A stretch of DNA of 64,000 nt, from the NCBI RefSeq assembly GCF_009914755.1, contig NC_060925.1; one strand, written 5' to 3'. Below the pieces are notes generated by a model. That model was not told the DNA's origin. It searched no databases and worked only from the letters and a program-made list of their open reading frames with translations. The DNA is from the human T2T-CHM13v2.0 reference genome, Homo sapiens. Positions 54,501 through 64,000 of this stretch are shown here, in pieces; position 1 is the stretch's first letter, and each line of letters begins with the position of its first letter. The position numbers were made by a program, and so were the translations under genes.

Positions 54501-56173
54501 AGTCAATCTAATTTGGAAGCTGTTCACTTTTTTCCCAAACAAGAATCTACCTTTTCTCTAGAGCATCTTAATCAAGGCAATGATCATTCCGGACTTGAGT
54601 CACAGAAAATAGGGTTCAGAATTCTCACATCCAGACCTGGTTATCCTTCTAACTTGCTGTATGATCTTGAGCAAGCCTCTTCACAATCTGGGCCTTACTC
54701 TCCTCACCAAAACCCAGAAAACATTAGAATAGGTGATCCTCTAGCTCCTGACAGCACCAATGTGTTGATTCTACAGTTGAATTTTGAACATGAACAAATA
54801 GCTTTCCAATTTGTGATGTACTTCTATTGAAGTTCTTGAAGCAAATGATGATTGCTAATATATAGGTAGCTCTCCCTATATACTAGATACATGGTATATA
54901 AATACCTAAGAAAAATGAAGCAGAGAATTAGGACAATTTGCTATTACATTAAGCCTGCAATATCCATTTCAATGAAATAGTTATAGTTTCTTGGACACGT
55001 ATTCAGAGATACAAATAGAGGTTCCAGTTTGTAGTAAGAAGTAGAGCCATGAATGACAGAGCCTGGGACTCCTGCCTGGGCTTATTTGAAATGACACTAC
55101 ATTCTGTTCAAGTAGGCCATTTGTAAAGCATGGGCTCTATATTTCTTTTATCCCTCTGCCCCTGCCAGGCCCATTGCAATTTATTTCTCTAAAAATGTAA
55201 ACCACCACCCAACTTTGTCCAGCAATTTAGTCTGTTGGGATCTAACCCAATCCAAATAGACCCTGAGTTTTGAAATGATGAAAAAGTAATAATTTTGCCA
55301 GTTCTTTCCTTTCTTAAAAGGAAATTTCTCTCTGTATATTTAGATGGAGGTGTTTTGGATTATGCCACAAAGAGTCTGTTCCCTGATATTTTCTAGTTCT
55401 CAGAACCCATCATGAAATATCTTTCCTTTCCAGTGAGCTGAGAGGAGCTGAGAAATCTGGGAACACAGCTGGTCAGAAAATACAGAATAGAAAGCATATC
55501 TTACAAAGCATATTTACCTAAAGAAAACTCCATTTAGATTTTAATCACCAATCTAATACATCTACTTGTATGTATTTAAATGTATTGAATGTTATTTCAA
55601 TTCAGGTAGCAAACATTGTGATGATAACCCACAGTGACTAAAATTCAGTCTGTTAAGTGGGCATTTGTAATCTCTGCTTCTCCCGAAGAAAAATCTCTTT
55701 TTCACTTTGAGTTTTACTACAACTGGGGGATAAAAGAGGATTAATATAAGATATGGCCATTGCTTACTGAATCTGTATTTAATGGAATTACTATTCTATA
55801 CTCTGTGTAGTAGAGAGGAAAATCATTAGAAGCCAGAATAGTTTCAGGGAGAGTTCCATTTGTATTGCCCTAGGCTTTCATAAGAAAAATAATTACAGAG
55901 AATTGAGGTGAGCACCCAGTTATTACAGTTGTAAAGAAATCATTAAACATCTTACCAAAAGTATTGAGTTCCGCTAGCCTAAGGTAAGATATCTTGCCAA
56001 TTATAAATGAGCTCTGGGTTTTACTGGGGCAAGCCTGGCTCACAGTCATTTTCTTGTCTTTTGCAAATACTCTGTTGATTCTGATATTTCATGGGGCTGA
56101 GTTTGAGGCCCAATTAATGCTGACAGTTGTCTCAATTTGTCTGATATATGTAGAAACTGTCACAAACTTTTCA

Positions 56174-56225
56174 GAAGAATATGGGTGACAAGGTGAAATG
56201 AAGAATATGAGTGACAAGGTGAAAT
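56174..56225 (+). repeat. 26-bp tandem duplication
   Basis: gaagaatatg(g/a)gtgacaaggtgaaat twice, one mismatch. Confidence 0.95.
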
Positions 56226-57299
56226 GAATGTTCAAGAAACAAATTAAGTGTCTCTAAAGAAACTTGAGGTTGGAGATTCATTCTCTACTCCAGACTAAGC
56301 TCATCTTTCATGCCCTTCCAGACTTGTGGTTACTTTCTTGTTAAAATGGCACCCTTTCAATAGGCTGGAGAAATGAAGAACTGGAGAGATTTCTAGCCCT
56401 TGTGTAACTCAGCTGTTCAGGACTTCACTTCAAGGTCCTACTGCGATTGAGCAGGGTTCCAATATAATTTTGACAAGGTTTCACTTTTTTAGGGTTCTGC
56501 TTACTAAAAGAAATCTCAGAAACCAATTTGAATAAAGTTATTAATGATTAATTAAGGTTTTTACTTTGTTTCCTCTCTAGATTATGTTTGCATGTTGACA
56601 CATGGTATCAGTGTCTATAGCCCAAAGTATAGGTAATATGGGAACTTTAGATATAGCTACAAAGCTGGAGATTGAGATTATTTGATTAAGAAAGCCATTT
56701 CAACAACACTAGTCAAGATGGGCAGACACTTGTGAAAGAGCATAGCATGTCCTAAGAACAAGGTAAATGTTTCTGTTTTCCCTTCTGAAACAGGATCCTG
56801 AATTTGACATCAGTTGTTCATATTTTATTAGTGACTGTGAAATGTGGTTAAATGAAGAAGGGCAAGAAGCACTAAAGAGGAAATCAAGAATCCTGACAAT
56901 TTTTGTATGTTGTTGTCTCTATGCATATTCTATACAAGACTAACTCTTACTCTTACAAATAAACTAATTACAGACAAGACTGCTCAAGAAGCTGGTAATG
57001 TTTAGATACATGCAGTGCTATCACTGTTAAAATCCTTCATGTCCTTTATACTTGTTCACACATATCATCATTTACATTATAAATAAGCATAATAGGTGCT
57101 CAATATGATTTTCGAAAAATGAGTAAAAAAGAGCAACTTTGCTAAGAATCTATTATGTTGTACATACTATTCTGAGTACCAGCAATTAAAAAAATTAGGA
57201 AAGTCTTCCCCCTCAAGGAGCTTACAATCTAGTAGCAGAGGTAGATATGTACTCAGAGAAACACAAGTGTATATCACTTAATGTAAAAGGAGAAAACCG

Positions 57300-60200
57300 A
57301 CAAGTGGCCGCCCGAACTTTTCAGTGTCACTGCAAAGGGTGGGTCTTCCTGGCCTCCCTGAGTGCCTCGCTTTCCCCATCTTGCCTCAGGCAATGCTTTT
57401 CTTTCTCTCTCTCTGCAAACCTGTCGAATGAATGGTAAAAATCACTGTTTATCTTCTCTGTAAAGTTTTAATTAATGGAAAAAAGGATTTGTGAGGCTAG
57501 TCATAGGCTGTAGCAAATCTGCTGTGCTTTGTGGGTCTTTCTGTATTGTTCTGTCATAATAAGGCATACCTCAGAACAGAACATGGGCTTAGGACACCCC
57601 TAAACCTGCTTTTCAAGATGGCCCAGCAAACTGGTCAGTTATAAACTTTGCTGCAGGTCCCTAAAAAAAAATAAATAAATAAAAATAAAAATAACTGGAT
57701 GAAGTTTCCCTCTTGTCTCTTGTATGTCCTTGGGAGCTTGACCTTGTAACCAGGTGGCAGTACTTTCTCTTGGTCTCTGCCATCACAATGGCAGCCCGGA
57801 TTCAAGGTTTAATTCCTGGCTTGGAAAATTGGTCCTTTATCTTCTGTCTATGTATTTATATGTATTATTTGTGTGATATTTATATATGAAAGAGCTTTGA
57901 TTGATTGGCTTAAAAATAAGTGCTAAATCAAATATTTTGTCAGAAAAGTAAAATGTGTAATGCCTTTTAGTTCATGTGACTTAAGTAATCTTTGGGAAAT
58001 AAAGACAGTTTTAAAATAAGGACAATTTTGTTGGTAAAATTAAAATGTTTTCAAAAATGTAAACATTAGGTCTAAATTATACAGGTCAGATATTAAGTTT
58101 GCTAAATGCTTTAAGGTCATAAACTGCTTCTTTGGCTTTTAAAAACTGTTCAGTTTAATCTTCCTTGGAGATATCAGATTCTAGATAATGCCTGGGGACA
58201 TGTGAAATAAGCATAGCTTCTAGCTATGCAAAGAAGGTTATAAAGAAAGAGATTTTATATAAGAAACGATCTTCTATGGTAAATTCTTGTCCTAAAGCAA
58301 AATGACTGGTTGTTTAACAAGAGGAAGGTTTATGACAAGTCAGAAAGTCCAAGCATGTTGTAGATGGTCTACATGATGGTGAGTCATGAAAAAATTTATG
58401 AAAACGAATTTATGCAAGAAACATTGTACAATTTAAAGGTGATGGGCCTCCTAAATGCTTCATAAAATGCCACTATGGCTCTTACTATACAATTTCCTTG
58501 CTTTACAGCTAGGTAAGGCCTGGGACATGTGGAGTTAGCCATGCCCACTAGCTGTGCTGGAAAAAGCCAGCCCTTATCTGCACTTCTGTCTGGGTCCTAG
58601 GCTCCACACTAGTACATAATTAAAAAATCCCTTACTTACCAAGGCTTTCACCAAAAAAAAAAGTTGCTAAGAGTTAACACCATAACATGTATCTGAGACT
58701 ACTAAAAAAAAACCAGTTCTATACACAAGGGATGTAAAGAAAGTAAAACGTGTTTTTTGTAAAAAAATTATAAGAAGTCTTGGGAATATGAATTTTTCTG
58801 CCTAGATTAAAGGGTTAAAAGATTGTTTTAAGTTAGAATAAAGCTGAAGTGTTATGCAAGTTGTGGAAGGTTTGTGAAAAATTAATTGTAAAAGAAATTC
58901 TGTGTGTGAACACACTGGCTAAAGTTAAAGGGGTATTATTCCATTTTTTCTGTAAATTGAGCATTAGAATAAAAGCATAACAAGATTTTCTTAGAGCAAA
59001 AACCTGCTTATGATCTGACCTGTAAGAAAAATTGTAAAGGCTTATAAAAGGTTTATTAAAATCTTACCTATGGTCAAACTGATTAAGATTGAATATATTT
59101 GTCTATAAGGTTTTATTGAATATATTTGTCTATTGGGTGTAACATCAATAATGCACTAACACAACAGTGACATTTGGCTTACTTGGTATAAAAATCATAC
59201 AAGAAGCATTGCCAAATACAAAATGGTGCTTGGTTTTTTTTTTTTGGCTCTATTTGTATAAATGTGTTATTGGTATATGTTCCAAAATTATGGGAAACTC
59301 CTCTAATTCTGATATGGCTTAATGTATGTTATTAATAGTTATAATTGTTATGTGAAATTGCTATATGCCACAGAAGTGACCAAATTTCCATATCAATTGT
59401 GGCCTTAATAGTGGCTGTCCTAAGACTTTTTATCATCCACAGACAATTTTTGTCCTGTTTTAATCCTCTTTGGAAGATGATTTTATAGTCAACTGTACAA
59501 TTCTAACAGGTGTTCTTAAATGCAGGTTTCTGATAACTTTGGAGATTATTACGTTAGAATAGAGAAAAATCTTTGAGAACACTCTTGGAAAGCTGAAATG
59601 TTCATGAATATTAAACAGAAGTTAACTGCATGGACTAAACTAATAGAAGTCTAAAGTAATCTTTTAAATTTTTCTTAAAACATTACTGATCCTTTGTTTT
59701 GTTTTTCAGAGTTAGGAAAACTTTTCCTTTAAGCTATTTGTAGCTTGTAGCAATAGAGTAAAGTATACTCCTATGAACAAAATTTGGAGCATATTTGTTT
59801 CTCTCTACCAGTTTTATCCAGAATTTGGAAACTATCTGTGAATATTCTTAATTTATGGCAACATAGTTATTTGCATGACTGCAATAAGAATCTGTTTTCT
59901 TTTGCAACGGGACACAATTGGAGAAACTGGTTATTTTACCAAGGCTTTTACCTGAATGGCATGCTTTTCTTTAAGAAATCAAATTTGACTTGTAGAGCCA
60001 ATAAAAGTCCCTTGGGGAACTGGCCTCACACCTTGACTACACCATCCCTGTATGAGCTTCCTGACCTGTGGTAAGTAAAGAACATCACAGGCCCAGGAGC
60101 CCCAAGTTATCTTGGGACCTCAAAAAGAGAGGAATTTACCCAACTTGTAGGTATCTGAGTGTGGATACACATGGTAGGGCTTGGCTTAAAAAAAAAGTCT

Positions 60201-60924
60201 TATTTATCTAAGATTTTTTCTATGGAACAGAGTTCCATTGAAGCCATTTTTTAAAAAGCTTATGGCAAATATTTATTCTTGCTATACTTTATACAAATAA
60301 TCAGGCCAAATATAATAAAGCAAATCAATCTTACCATGATTTGTCTTTAGTAAAAATGGGAGACTGGAAAGAGAAATTATGTTCCAAGAACTATGGTATA
60401 CTTGTTATTAAATTTTAGTCTCATCAGTTGTTTTTAAATGTGTTTCTGTAATTTAGGCTAACCCTGCTTATTCTTGTGAGCCAACCAGTGATCTCTGACT
60501 GCTGGTCAGAACAACCAAGAGGGATGGGTAATGTAAAAATCTGTATGAGTATTCTAATTGTGGGCACATTAGAATCAGCTAACAGTCCCATATTAGCTTA
60601 GTTCCAACAGTTGCCCCATTCATGGAAAGCCTTCTAATTTTGTTTACTTGAGAAAATTCTACTTCTTTTGCTTTATTCTTGTGGAATATATTGCTATTGT
60701 ACTCTTTTTGTAGGAATTCAGGAGAAACTTACTAAACATTCTCTTAAATTAAACTGCTCTAAATTAAATGGCTGCTCTGTCTATGGAGTAGCCATTCTTT
60801 TTTTCCTTTACTTTCCTAATAAACTTGCTTTCACTTTAATCCATGAACTCACCCTGAATTATTTCTTGCGTGAGATCCAAGAACCCTCTCTTGGGGTCTG
60901 AATCCTGTCCTCTTTCCTGTAACA
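57300..60924 (+). mobile_element. MER4-group (MER41-type) ERV1 internal region with 3' part of a MER41 LTR (about 60770-60924); no 5' LTR
   Basis: AT-rich MER4-group internal motifs. The terminal ggctgctctgtctatggagtagccattc...aataaacttgctttcac...gagatccaagaaccctctcttggggtctg...gtaaca matches the recalled MER41 3' end. Confidence 0.8.
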
Positions 60925-61005
60925 ATATGGCTAGCCAAAGATGAACTGAGACAAATCTGGTATAATTCCTAGTTCAGTTATCTGTCTGTTTTAACCTAAC
61001 CTTAT

Positions 61006-61342
<337 letters not shown>

Positions 61343-62210
61343 TAATATAACTTTAATACATTTTAAAATAAGCTATGTATATGTGTCACTACTAATATCT
61401 TATACTTTGAACATTTGTCTATCCTGTAATACAATAAATGCACTGCTGGATATATTCTTGAAAATCATACAAGTGTAACAAGATGATATACAATATTATC
61501 CATTGTAGCATTGTACATAATAGCTAAACTTATAAAGAAGCTAATGTCCATCAAAAAGAGAGTAGACAAATCATTTTTGATGTAGTCACTTAATGGAATA
61601 AAATTTAATTCTGCAAAAAAATTAATGAACCACAGCTTCATGCAAAAATAAGAGTAAATCTTCAAATGTTCAAGAACAAACTAAACAACATAATATTTAT
61701 AAATAAATACATATGTTGTAAATACATGAAAAATAAGGAAAGTATAACAAATGAAATTTATCTTAAGTGGGGTTTTGTTAGTGGAAGCAAGAGGAAGAGA
61801 GAGGTAAAAGTGAAGGTAGATGAAACAGTTCTGGCAATGTTCTAGGATGTAAGTCGGTAGTGGCTTCATAGGCATTCATTTCATTATTGAACTTTATAAA
61901 ATATATGTTACATTCTTTAGTGAATATTAAATATTGCACTAAAAAAGAGTGAATGTAAGTAGAAATCTCAATATTGCATTTTTGAACCACAATGTATCCC
62001 CTGGGGCTACACAGAGACTACCAAATTAGGCAAAGGATGTCACTGATACTTTTCTAGTAGTGAAATAAAATGCTCATATTTCTGTTTTAAAAAGAAAATA
62101 TTGTTATCAACATTGTAGAGGAGAGACAATCCATGTGAGAGATGTTGAGCTTCTGACCCAACATAGTGGTTGTAGGGACAAATTATATGAGGTGGAGTAT
62201 TTAAGAACTA

Positions 62211-63860
<1,650 letters not shown>

Positions 63861-64000
63861 GAAATTGTAACTGACACACAGAGGGGCTATGCAAAACCCA
63901 AACCTCTAAACCAAGTGCCTTAGCTTCTTGTATTTACCCTATACACTGATCTAATGATTTTTAAGTTGTGCCTTGGAGTGTGCTAGAGCTAATTCTAATG

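Overview
Primate (most likely human) non-coding genomic DNA, intronic or intergenic. It is AT-rich, CpG-depleted and dominated by interspersed repeats; I cannot name the locus from sequence alone. No host protein-coding exon, RNA gene, CpG island or CRISPR array is supportable. The only recognisable protein similarity is to L1 ORF1/ORF2 and a MaLR internal-ORF remnant. Main elements: a complete MSTA-type MaLR provirus (-), a near full-length old L1PA (about L1PA15/16, -) carrying three Alus, a complete THE1 provirus (+) with a perfect TSD, MLT1 solo LTRs, an ERVL/LTR16 relic, two 5'-inverted (twin-primed) L1s, a MER41-type internal region with a partial LTR, a tailless younger L1PA RT fragment inside an L2, about 12 Alu-family copies and many MIR/L2 relics. 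The most notable unexplained structure is a set of DNA-repair or template-switch scars that can be read directly. These are a ~100-bp multi-switch inversion in one MSTA LTR that flips its poly(A) signal, a 53-bp fold-back hairpin and a 13-bp perfect hairpin inside the L1, an exact 43-bp dispersed duplication, an MLT2A-Alu fusion and a microhomology-flanked non-classical L1 insertion. More speculatively, a + strand LTR-driven spliced transcript could be assembled from THE1 DUX4 sites and donor, a 111-nt cassette exon and the MER41 poly(A) signal. I see no evidence of a new gene system. Repeat subfamily names come from recalled consensus sequences and need RepeatMasker/Dfam confirmation.
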